Shown here: piece after piece, positions 52,304 to 64,000 of the stretch
How positions within the stretch are numbered: the stretch's first letter is position 1
Layout of the letters: each line of letters begins with the position of its first letter
Origin: Octopus vulgaris
Taxonomy: Eukaryota
DNA length: 64,000 bases
Assembly: GCA_951406725.2 (NCBI GenBank)
Contig: OX597817.1
Location: forward strand, 163,990,001-164,054,000
Direction: 5' to 3'
Program-made: the position numbers and the translations under genes
The notes under the pieces: model-generated
What the model was told of the DNA's origin: nothing
The model's input: the letters and a program-made list of their open reading frames with translations, nothing else
The model's database searches: none

Positions 52304-52829
52304 CGCTACTACTAGTACTGTAATTATTGCTGCAGCTACCTGTGATGCTGCTGCTTGACTGCTGCTGCTGCTGCGGCTGCTGCTGCTGTCTGTTGCTACT
52401 GCTGCACTTACTAATACACGTCCGCGATCATTACAGCTGATGTTGCTGTTGCTGTTAATGTTTACTGCTGCTGCTGCTGCTGCTGTTGTTTTTGCTGGTT
52501 TTCTTATTTCAATCACGGCTGCTGCTGCTGCTGCTGCTCCTACCCCTACATTCAGACATAGAGCAGCGTGTATTTCTGCGTGCGTGCGCGCGCGCCTGTG
52601 TGCGTGCGTGCGTGCGCGCCTGTGTGTCTGTGTGACGTGATGTTCAGATCGTTGATTCGCTCTCTACGAAGGCATCTAACATGGCGTTGACTGCATTTCA
52701 CAAATCTCATCACAGACAAAATTAGTGAAGTGATGTGACGTATACTAATTACTACCAGAGGAGGCTTCAGAATCGAATTTATTAACTTATATTTTAAAGC
52801 CAGCCTGTCAAACCCCTATACATACTCTT

Positions 52830-53045
52830 TTCTCTCTTTTACTCTTTTACTTGTTTCAGTCATTTGACTGCGGCCATGCTGGTGCACCGCCTTTAGTCGA
52901 GCAAATCGACCCCGGGACTTATTCTTTGTAAGCCCAGTACTTATTCTATCGGTCACTTTTGCCGAACCGCTAATTGACGGGGACGTAAACACATCAGCAT
53001 CGGTTGTCAAGCAATGCTAGGGAGACAAACACAGACACACAAACC

Positions 53046-53083
<38 letters not shown>

Positions 53084-53258
53084 CATACCTATATACGACA
53101 GGCTTCTTTCAGTTTCCGTCTACCAAATCCACTCACAAGGCATTGGTCGGCCCGGGGCTATAGCAGAAGACACTTGCCCAAGATGCCACGCAGTGGGACT
53201 GAACCCGGAACCATGTGGTTGGTTAGCAAGCTACTTACCACAGAGCCACTCCTGCTCC
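52830..53258 (-). mobile_element. SINE family A, full length, young subfamily
   Basis: Same diagnostics as the 50888 copy. Confidence 0.93.
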
Positions 53259-53327
53259 TATGCTCACTTTTTCTCAAAAACACACACATACACGCACGCA
53301 CTTATATACACATGTAAATATATACAG

Positions 53328-53388
<61 letters not shown>

Positions 53389-53430
53389 CATACATACATA
53401 CATACATACATACATACATACATACATACA

Positions 53431-53477
<47 letters not shown>

Positions 53478-53683
53478 CAGCATATATTTATGTATGCATA
53501 TATACCTATGTGTATGCGTGCCTGTGCGTGTATGTGACTGTGTCTGTGTATATATATCTATATAAGTGTGTGTATATATATGCATGTATATAGAGAGAGA
53601 CATACATATAAGTATATATATATAATATATATTCATATATACATATATACGTGCGTGCGTGTGCTTGTGTGTGGGTGGGTGTG

Positions 53684-53716
<33 letters not shown>

Positions 53717-53718
53717 CC

Positions 53719-53925
53719 AGGCGCATGGTTTAGTGGTTGGGGCGTTACTCTCATGATCGTATGATTGTGGTTTCGATTCCTGGACCGGGCGTTGCGTTGT
53801 GTCCTGAAGCAAAACAAGTTTACATTGCTCCGGTCCACTCAGCGTCCCGTCCAGAGAGGAGCATATCATATAAACCAGAAAATCCGTGCACCGGCCTTAT
53901 GAGTATCTGGCTCGGAAATGTGTCT
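53719..53925 (+). mobile_element. SINE family E, diverged
   Basis: tRNA-like head and CGTCCCGTCCAG body. Confidence 0.78.
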
Positions 53926-54087
53926 TGATCCTATATGTATGTGCGTGTGTGTGTATGTGTGCGTGTGTGTGTGTGTGTACACATATACACACGCAAATAA
54001 CTTGTCCAGAGGAACGTAAGGCACTTATAACTTATATCACAGAAATGAAGTTATTAGAACTGAGCGAGTGAACGCATATGCATATGT

Positions 54088-54239
54088 AGTGGCTATGTGG
54101 TAAGTAGCTTTCTTACCAACCACATGGTCCCGCGTTCTGTCCCACTGCATGGCACCTTGGGCAAGTGCCTTCTACTATAGCTTCGGGCCTACCAAAGCCT
54201 TGTGAGTGGATTTGGTATACGGAAGCTGAATGAAGCCCG

Positions 54240-54289
<50 letters not shown>

Positions 54290-54890
54290 CTGTGTGTGTG
54301 TTGTGTGTGTGTGTGTGTGTGTGGTTGTGTGTGTATGTTTGTATATCTGTGTTCGTCCCCCAACATCGCTTGACAACCGATGCTGGTGTGTTTACCTCCC
54401 CGTAATTTAGCGGTTCGGCAAAAGACCGATAGAATAAGTACTAGTCTAAATCCTGGGGTCGATTTGCTCGACTAAAGACGGTGCTCCAGCATGGCCGAAG
54501 TCAAATGACTGAAACAAATAATATATATATATATATATATATTGCTAACCAACCACATGGTTCCGGGTTCAGTCCCACTGCGTGGCATCTTGGGCAAGTG
54601 TCTTCTGCTACAGCCCCGGGCCGACCAATGCCTTGTGAGTGGATTTGGTAGACGGAAACTGAAAGAAGCCTGTCGTATATATGTATATATATATGTGTGT
54701 GTCTGTGTTTGTCTGTATATGGTGGTGTGTTTACGTCCCCGTCACTTACCGGTTCGGCAAAAGAGACCGATAGAATAAGTACTGGGCTTACAAAGAATAA
54801 GTCCCGGGGTCGATTTGCTCGACTAAAGGCGGTGCCCCAGCATGGCCGCAGTCAAATGACTGAAACAAGTAAAAGAGTAAAGAGTAAGAG
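54088..54890 (+). mobile_element. Two tandem SINE family A copies (54088-54520 and 54543-54890)
   Basis: Matches family A. Confidence 0.9.
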
Positions 54891-55199
54891 TATATATATA
54901 TACATATAAATTTGTATTATTATTTGATTGAACGCCACGCATCCATTTCCAAGTAAGTTTTATATTTATATATATGCATGCATAGAGATTTTAAATCCAT
55001 AGATATACATATATATATCTATTTTTACTTGATCGCATGAATAGGGAATCGACAATTCAATAAAATCGCTAATACATTTGGAAAATCGATAATATCGTAT
55101 TTATTAACAGCATTAAAGGCTCATGATATACTGTTCTACATACGTGTTTGCATGCATGTGTGCGAGTGTCTATATATATATATATGTATATGTATGTAT

Positions 55200-55283
<84 letters not shown>

Positions 55284-55375
55284 TATATGTATATATATAC
55301 ACATATACATATATATACATATACATATATATATATATAAATATACACTCATATACATACATGTATATATTAACG

Positions 55376-55443
<68 letters not shown>

Positions 55444-55588
55444 TATATGTATATATATACACATATACATATATATACATATACATATATATATATATAA
55501 ATATACACTCATATACATACATGTAAATATTAACGTATATATATATATATATATATATATATACGTATACATACATGTATGCATTAAC

Positions 55589-55657
<69 letters not shown>

Positions 55658-55929
55658 TGTATATGGCACACACGTACACACACACGAACAACTGCCGGTG
55701 AACGCTAGTGAAAATTGTGAGAGGTATATTGGTGCGATGATATCAGATATAGTTTCACCGTATTTTGTTTACATAATTTTGGTAAAGGATAGAAGAATGG
55801 TGCTCGGGAGTGGGGGGGGGGTAGGCAAAGGCTGTGGCATAGTTATTCTTGATAGGCTATTGTTATTAGGTGGAGTGGGGGTAGCAATAATTGTCGAAGG
55901 TGGGGATGGTAGTAATGATGGTGGCTGCG

Positions 55930-56810
<881 letters not shown>

Positions 56811-57128
56811 CAACAGCAGCAACAGTAGTTGCTTCTGACGTGATGGTGACGTGATGGTGATGGTGGTGGTGGTGGTGGTGGTGGTGGTGGTGGTGGTGGT
56901 GGTGGCGGTGGTGGTAGTGGCGATGTTAGTGGTGGTGATGATGATGATGCTGAAAGTAGACGTTATTAGTAGCAGCTGCAGTTGCGGCGGCGGCGGCGGC
57001 GGCGGCGGCGGTGGTGGTGGTGGTAGCGGTGGTGCTGGTGCTGGTGGTGGCGGTGGTGAGGCAGGTAGCAGTTGCCCGTTGCTAGTAGACTGCTCAACTG
57101 AAGGGAGAAGGAAAAAGGAAGAGAGAGC

Positions 57129-57223
<95 letters not shown>

Positions 57224-57454
57224 AAAGAAAGACCGATGAGGTAGGACTATGTGTTTATTACATGTTATAGCTTTGAGAAGACAGTAAGAACTTTACTGTC
57301 GTCCAGGCCGTTTGTTGCCTGGTTTCCCATGGTTACTGAACCGGCCAATCAACTGCAACCTGAATATCAACAATATGGTCTCCGGGAAAATATCTCAGGG
57401 GAGCATTTTTGCATACTAAATAAAAGAAACTACACGGTCTACATATATATATAT

Positions 57455-57711
57455 ATATTTCCCTCTATACCTACGTGAATTATTTTTTAGTATACATTGT
57501 CTGGGAGAGTTTTCTTATAGTAGAAAAAATAGGTAAAAAATTTTTGGCTGCTATTTCTAAAAGTTCGGTGTGTGGTAAAGTAATTTTTTTTATTGAACCC
57601 TAATTATATAACGTAATGATTTAAATATACCGTAAATAGTCTTTTTACATACTGAACACTACTTGGTAAAATTATTAATTAATAATTAATTAATTTTACC
57701 CTTTTATTATT

Positions 57712-57715
<4 letters not shown>
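57455..57715. mobile_element. Insert between (TA)n tracts related to the 19825-20066 fold-back family
   Basis: TTTTTGGCTGCTATTTCTAAA.GTTCGGT.TGTGGTAAAG...AATTTTACCCTT matches the reverse complement of ~19830-19990. Confidence 0.75.
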
Positions 57716-57773
<58 letters not shown>

Positions 57774-57781
57774 GTGTGTGT

Positions 57782-58160
57782 TTTCGTCTGTCGTTACGTT
57801 CCGAGTTCAAATTCCGCCGAGGTCGACTTTGCCTTTCATCCTTTCTGGGGTCGATAAATTAAGTACCAGTTACGCACTGGGGTCGATGTAATCGACTTAA
57901 TCCGTTTGTCTTGTCCTTGTTTGTCCCCTCTGTGTTTAGCCCCATGTGGCTAGTAAAGAAATATATATATACGTGTGTGTGTTCGTCTGTCGTTACGTTC
58001 CGAGTTCAAATTCCGCTGAGGTTGACTTTGCCTTTCATCCTTTCGGGGTCGATAAATTAAGTACTAGTTACGCACTGGGGTCAATGTAATCGACTTAATC
58101 CGTTTGTCTGTCCTTGTTTGTCCCCTCTGTGTTTAGCCCCATGTGGCTAGTAAAGAAATA
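57782..58160 (+). mobile_element. Head-less SINE family B, two units separated by duplicated flank
   Basis: TATA(C)ACGTGTGTG occurs before, between and after the units. Confidence 0.88.
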
Positions 58161-58174
58161 TATATACGTGTGTG

Positions 58175-58238
<64 letters not shown>

Positions 58239-58559
58239 TCCCCCAACATCACTTGACAACCGATGTTGGTGCTTACGTCCCCTTAACTGTGGCCGATTTG
58301 TTGGACTAAAGGCGGTGGTCCAGCATGGCCGCAATCAAATGGCTGAAACAAATAAAAAAATAAAAGAATACATCTATATATATGTACGACGGTCTTCTTT
58401 CTGTTTCCGTCTAGCAAAACTATTCACAAGACTTTGGTCGGCCTGAGACTATAGTAGAAGACAATTGCCGAAGGTGCCACGCAGGGACCATGTGGTTGAG
58501 AAGCAAATTTCTTACCACACAGCTACGCCTGCATATGTGTGTGTGTGTGTGTGTAAAAT

Positions 58560-58770
58560 GCTGTTCGTCTGTCGTTGTCGACGATGACCAGGACGTCGCA
58601 AGGGAGTGGAAGATGGGTCATGGTGCGTCCGGTCATTTAGCTAATCAAGCCGATGCGTGCCCGGGAGATTCTGCCGGAGGTCAAGTACTGGTGGTTTGCT
58701 GGGAATGCTTCGACTTTCCATACAGTTCGACTGGTTGCCAAACCGTGTAGGGGACAATCTCAAGGACAAA
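58560..58770 (-). mobile_element. RTE-clade LINE 3' fragment
   Basis: Minus strand encodes GRISRARIGLIS (compare RTE C-terminal CGR.C.SRIGL.SH) and ends GGTCATCGTCGACAACGACAGACGAAC. Confidence 0.7.
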
Positions 58771-58984
58771 GTCACTCATACATGCGCGCATGCACACACA
58801 TATTCACACACACGTGCACACGCACATTCACACGCACGCACGCACGCACACACACACACACACACATACACACACACACATACACACACACACACACACG
58901 ACAGTCTCCACGCGGTTTCACAGACAATATGATCGTGTATATATATATAGTGTGTGTGTATATATATATATGTATATATATAGT

Positions 58985-59303
58985 GAAGGCGCATGGCTCA
59001 GTAGTTAGAGCGTCGAACTTACGACTGTGAGGTTGTGAGTTCAAATCCCGGACCGGGATGCGTGTTGTGTTCTTGAGCAAGACGCTTTATTTCACGTTGC
59101 TCCAGTTCATTCAGCTGTAGAAATGAGTTGCGACGTGACATGTGCCAAACTGTATCCCTTGGATAACACTGGTGGCGTGGAGAAGGGAGGCTGGTATGCA
59201 CGGGCGACTGCTAGTCCTCCGTAAACAACCTTGCCTAGACTTGTCCATGAGAAGGCAACTTTCTAGGTGCAATCCTATGGTCAGTCATGACCGAAGGGGG
59301 TCT
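58985..59303 (+). mobile_element. SINE family C, full length
   Basis: Matches the 26562 copy. Confidence 0.9.
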
Positions 59304-59374
59304 CAGCATATATATACGAATTTTATATGCGAGCTACAGCTTTAAATCTGCCTAGAGTTAACTTTCTTCGGTAT

Positions 59375-59420
59375 TTCCCATTGAGGAAGGCTGAAGAGCC
59401 TGAAACGCTACGTATAGGAA
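59375..59420 (+). ncRNA. Type-I hammerhead ribozyme with C3>U, in a ~260-bp insert (59318-59575) between TA tracts
   Basis: Stem I TTCCCA/TAGGAA (one mismatch, extended by TCGG/CCGA), TTGAGGA, stem II AGGCT/AGCCT, GAAA, stem III ACG-CTA-CGT, H=A. Confidence 0.7.
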
Positions 59421-59586
59421 TCCGATACGGGACAACACTGGGCAGACGTGATGTTTTTACACCTTTTACTATCTGAGAGAATTTGCCTTCAGAAGTTGAA
59501 ATGTGCCACAAACATATTTTAAGTAATCTAAAGTTCGCTTATCCCTAATCTCTGTTTGGCGCTGATAATGCTGATATATATATATA

Positions 59587-60105
59587 CCGTAAATCCTCGA
59601 GTATAATCCGCATTTTTTCCCAAAAATTTAAAGGTCAAAATCTCTATTGCGTACAATATACGAGGTTAAAAATGAAAAATATTTTCTAAGCAATGTCCGA
59701 GTCTCTATTTGCAGTCCAGCAATTTTTATTCAGACGCATTTTGTGATGTCGGGCGCGAAAATACCTTTAAGCTAAGCCTGAAAGCAATGAAGTCATAAAA
59801 GAATCATCCATAACTTGCAATAAGCAACATTTATTAAACGTTATTACTGTTATTACTGTTATTTCTTTATTTTCTGCAAACAAAATGCACAAAAAAGCGA
59901 CACCTTTGCATTATGTTATATATACAATAATAATAAAGGACGTTACCGTATACATTTTTAAAAACCAAGGACGTTATATAAACCTACTTGACTCAAGTTA
60001 GAGAAGGGGTGCGCATTATACACAAGGTTTAGGTTTTTCAGAGGTACAGCCCCCTAAAAATCCCCTGTGTATTATACTCAAGGGCGGACTATACTCGAGG
60101 ATTTA

Positions 60106-60108
<3 letters not shown>
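59587..60108. mobile_element. pogo/Tc2-like MITE in (TA)n
   Basis: TIRs CCGTAAATCCTCGAGTATA.TCCGC / GCGGA.TATACTCGAGGATTTACGA with subterminal TATAC repeats and TA flanks. Confidence 0.85.
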
Positions 60109-60153
<45 letters not shown>

Positions 60154-60617
60154 CGCTATTCCATTGATACCACTATCTATTTTTCTGGTGGTGGATCAAT
60201 AATTTATTCCTTTTCCTGAAACACACTGTCACGATCCTTTATTTATTTATTTATTTATTTATTTATTAAATTGTTTGTTAAATTGTTTGTTTGTTTTACT
60301 TCTTTGAAGAAAGGCTATATGTAAGGGATTAATAAATTTCCCAGAGTGACCTAATTGACTTCAGCAGTTCTGAATACAAAGCTATAAGTTTTGTAAGTCC
60401 CGTAAAATATTCAGTCAAACTATTTACTTTTTGTTGATGAAGGTAGGTGGCCCTTTGCCTACTGCGTTATGCTCACATTCATGAGATTCATGCGCGGTTC
60501 GATTCCTAGACCGGGCTGCGTGTTGTGTTCTTGGGGGAAGTATTTCATTTCACGCCACTCCAGTTTACTCAGCTGAAAATAAGTACCAGCTGAAGACTAG
60601 CACAAGTCCCCCTTAAA

Positions 60618-60704
<87 letters not shown>

Positions 60705-60796
60705 TTCTCCCTCGACCAGACTGTCACATCTTTGGTGTTCCACTAAGTCAAGATTGGGAATGCAGAGAGTGTGTCTCTACCAGCTCAGGATTATGT

Positions 60797-60953
60797 AGGC
60801 GCAAGAGTGGCTATGTGGTAAGTAGCTTGCTTACCAACCACATGGTTCCGAGGTCAGTGTCTTCTACTATAGATTCGGGCCGACCAAAGCCTTGTGAATG
60901 GATTTGGTAGACGGAAACTGAAAGAAGCCCGTCGTATATATATGTATGTATAA

Positions 60954-60999
<46 letters not shown>

Positions 61000-61150
61000 T
61001 CGGGGTGATACTTGATAATTATAAGCACCTGTGTATACCGTTTGGTGGTGTATGGTGGAGTAAATTGATCAAAATAAAATAAAAACACGATATTCAGCGG
61101 TACATATGTTTCGGGCCTTTATTAGACAGATTTATAACAGGTTTATAACA

Positions 61151-61200
<50 letters not shown>

Positions 61201-61495
61201 ATATGTATCTATATATATGTATATATATATGTATATATATGTATATGTATATATATGTGTGTGTGTATGTGTGTGTGTATGTATGTATGTATATGTTTGT
61301 GTGTCTGTGTTTGTTCCCCCAACATCGCTTGACAACCGATGCTGGTGTGTTTATGTCCCCGTCACTTAGCGGTTCGGCGAGAGAGACCGATAGAATAAGT
61401 ACTGGGCTTACAAAGTCGATTTGCTCGACTAAAAGGCGGTGCTCCAGCATGGCCGCAGTCAAATGACTGAAACAAATAGAAGAATAAAAGAAAGA
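60797..61495 (+). mobile_element. SINE family A interrupted in its internal (TA)n by a ~160-bp insert (60994-61151) carrying half a hammerhead
   Basis: Head at 60797, tail from ~61295; minus-strand CCCGAAACATATGTA near 61100-61115. Confidence 0.8.
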
Positions 61496-61637
61496 ATAAA
61501 AGAATATACCTAAAGCACTTAACGAAAGCACAGTACATATTACCAATGACGTTCGTGGATATATTTGTAAATAACGAGCTTTCGTATTTGTAGCTTCAAG
61601 GACTCAATAACAATTTATAATTAGAAGGTAAACAAGA

Positions 61638-62045
61638 GGCGCAGGAGTGGTTGTGTGGTAAGTAGCTTGTTTACCAACTACATGGTTCCGGGTTCAGTCC
61701 CACTGCGTGGCACCTTGGGCAAGTGTCTTCTACTATAGCCTCGGTCCGACCAAAGCCTTGTGAGTGGCTTTGGTAGATGGAAACTGAAAGAAGCCCGTCG
61801 TATATATATGTATATATATATATGTATGTGTATGTATGTGTGTGTGTGTTTATGCGTCTGTGTATGTCCCCCTAGCATTGCTTGACAACCGATGCTGGTG
61901 TGTTTATGTCTCTGTCACTTAGCGGTTTGGCAAAAGAGACCGATAGAATAAGTACTGGGCTTACAAAGAATAATTCCCGGGTCGAGTTGCTCGATTAAAG
62001 GCGGTGCTCCAGCATGGCCGCAGTCAAATGACTGAAACGAGTAAT
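61638..62045 (+). mobile_element. SINE family A, full length
   Basis: Matches family A. Confidence 0.93.
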
Positions 62046-62392
62046 AAAAAAAACAGAGAATGAAACAAACTCACCCAACAAGAACTCACTACTTGAACAA
62101 AACTTGACTTAAACAGGATTCGAATAATCCTATCAGGTGGTGCTATTAAGTTAGACATGGCCTGGACCAATCTCTGGTCGAAACATATCTAAGTTTATCT
62201 AAGTTTATTCACTTTAAATGAATCATTTAAAATCATATATTTTCTTCAAAAGTGTTCTTCATATATTCATAGCTGTTTTGTCAATTTTAAATTTTGCGAA
62301 TGAACACGCTGCCTGGAAAAGACAAGAGTGTCCACGGTCGAAACGTTATGTCAATAACAACCAAGATTATAAGAACACTAGGCTGAATATAT

Positions 62393-62807
62393 ACTCTTTT
62401 TACTCTTTTACTCTTTTACTTGTTTCAGTCATTTGACTGCGGCCATGCTGGAGCACCACCTTTAGTCGAGCAAATCGACCCCGGGACTTATTCTTTGTAA
62501 AGCCCAGTACTTATTCTATCGGTCTCTTTTTGCCGAACCGCTAAGTGACGGGGACGTAAACACACCAGCATCGGTTGTCAAGCGATGGTGGGGGAACAAA
62601 CACAGGCACACAAACACATACACACACACATACACATATATATATACATATATACGACAGGCTTCTTTCAGTTTCCGTCTACCAAATCCACTCACAAGGC
62701 ATTGGTCGGCCCGGGGCTATAGCAGAAGACACTTGCCCAAGTTGCCACGCAGTGGGACTGAACCCGGAACCATGTGGTTGGTAAGCAAACTACTTACCAC
62801 ACAGCCA
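62393..62807 (-). mobile_element. SINE family A, near full length
   Basis: Matches the family A reverse complement. Confidence 0.93.
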
Positions 62808-62809
62808 GA

Positions 62810-63600
62810 GTATAATAATAATACACTGGGCTAAAAATTTCTATTAACTAAAATTATTCTTGCACTAGACATAAACTCCTTCAAAGAGTACTTAAAATCT
62901 AAAAACAATGCTCAACTAAAAAAAATTATACAAATTCATTAACTGGAACTCGCTGCCACCGAACCATAGCTAGCAAAATAGAAAATAACTTCATAAAAAC
63001 GATTTAAGCGGTGAACAAATAAACAACATGCAAAAACTACCACTAATTACTCCAGGTAAACAGGTTACGAAATAATCCAACAAAAGCGAGAAAAACGAGA
63101 TATCGGAAATAGAACAATAGCTGAAATAGAACCAGGTAAACAAGAAAACTTCGAAATAACAAAACAATCTATAGATAAACAACAGCGAAGACCACCAATG
63201 CAAAAATAGTACCAACAGCAAATCAACAAATGAAATTACTCTAACTATAAATAACGCCTTTAAATTCAACAACGAAACAGCTTTGGAAGCTAACAGTGAA
63301 AGCGTTAGCTATAGACAACAACCCTAAAATGCAACATAACAAAACAATATCTAGAAATCAACTGATATTGTCAAAGGACCCACCCTATTAAAATATATAC
63401 AACCAAAAGAAAATAGTTCTCACCTGAAGATTACAGTGGCATAAAACTCGAGTAGCAAGAAATAGAATACTTTTAGAGTAAACAGTATTCACTGAGGCAT
63501 ATATTGAATACACTCTTCTTGATAGAGAGTATCGCAGACAGAACTCTGAAAAAGGGCTCTGTCTGTGAGAAATTTAAAGGAAAGGGGGAAAGATAAACTC
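62810..63600 (+). mobile_element. A-rich decayed retroelement-like segment ending in a degenerate hammerhead; possible Penelope-like relic
   Basis: Strong A/C strand skew; TTCTCAC-CTGAAGA ... GAAA-AAGGGCTCTG-TC-T-GTGAGAA. Confidence 0.3.
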
Positions 63601-64000
63601 AGATTATTTAAAGATATATTTTATGCAAAACGCGGAGTAAATCAGAAATAGTGAAATAGTTTACATATTGGAAAGTATTTAACTGTGATAATGAAGTTGT
63701 CTGTGTATGGAAGGTTTGGTAGCCTTCAACTAATACTATCTCCTCCGAGACCTTGCGACGCAAGTTGACCAAAATTGAGAGTATGATGGAAGAAGGCTTG
63801 CTCTTCCTTCCGTAAAAGAAAAAATTCAAATCAGACCATGTTAACACCAAAGATTATTTACATCAAAAAGGTGCTTTTTTTCTATGAAAATCCCTATTTT
63901 TTACGATGTTTTGACTGCTGTGTCGCCATTTTTCGGTGTATTTCAACCAGAAAATGTTCACTTATAGAGAATAACAAGCTACATAATGCAATTTTTTTAC

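Overview
AT-rich, microsatellite-saturated eukaryotic non-coding DNA. The tRNA-headed SINE families and the (TA)n/(TACA)n/(TAA)n/(GATA)n load point to an octopus (cephalopod) genome. I found no recognisable host protein-coding gene, and nearly all listed ORFs are microsatellite or SINE artefacts. Contents: (i) dozens of copies of at least five tRNA-derived SINE families, one forming 2-5-unit head-less multimers; (ii) LINE 3' fragments (an R4/Dong-type RLE element in (TAA)n with a 68-bp fold-back, an RTE tail, and a probable Tx1/L1-type tail in (GATA)n that matches one SINE tail); (iii) DNA transposon relics (three mariner, one pogo/Tc2-like MITE, one hAT, one Helentron/HINE-like). The most interesting signal is a set of mutually unrelated 150-450 bp inserts in or beside (TA)n/(TG)n microsatellites that carry minimal type-I hammerhead ribozyme folds. 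One is fully canonical (33856-33898, minus), one has a compensatory G3:C8 core (18198-18248), and several related inserts are long fold-back palindromes. This suggests a diverse Penelope/retrozyme-like, ribozyme-bearing, microsatellite-targeting retroelement population. All structures were read by eye, and interspersed-repeat boundaries are approximate.
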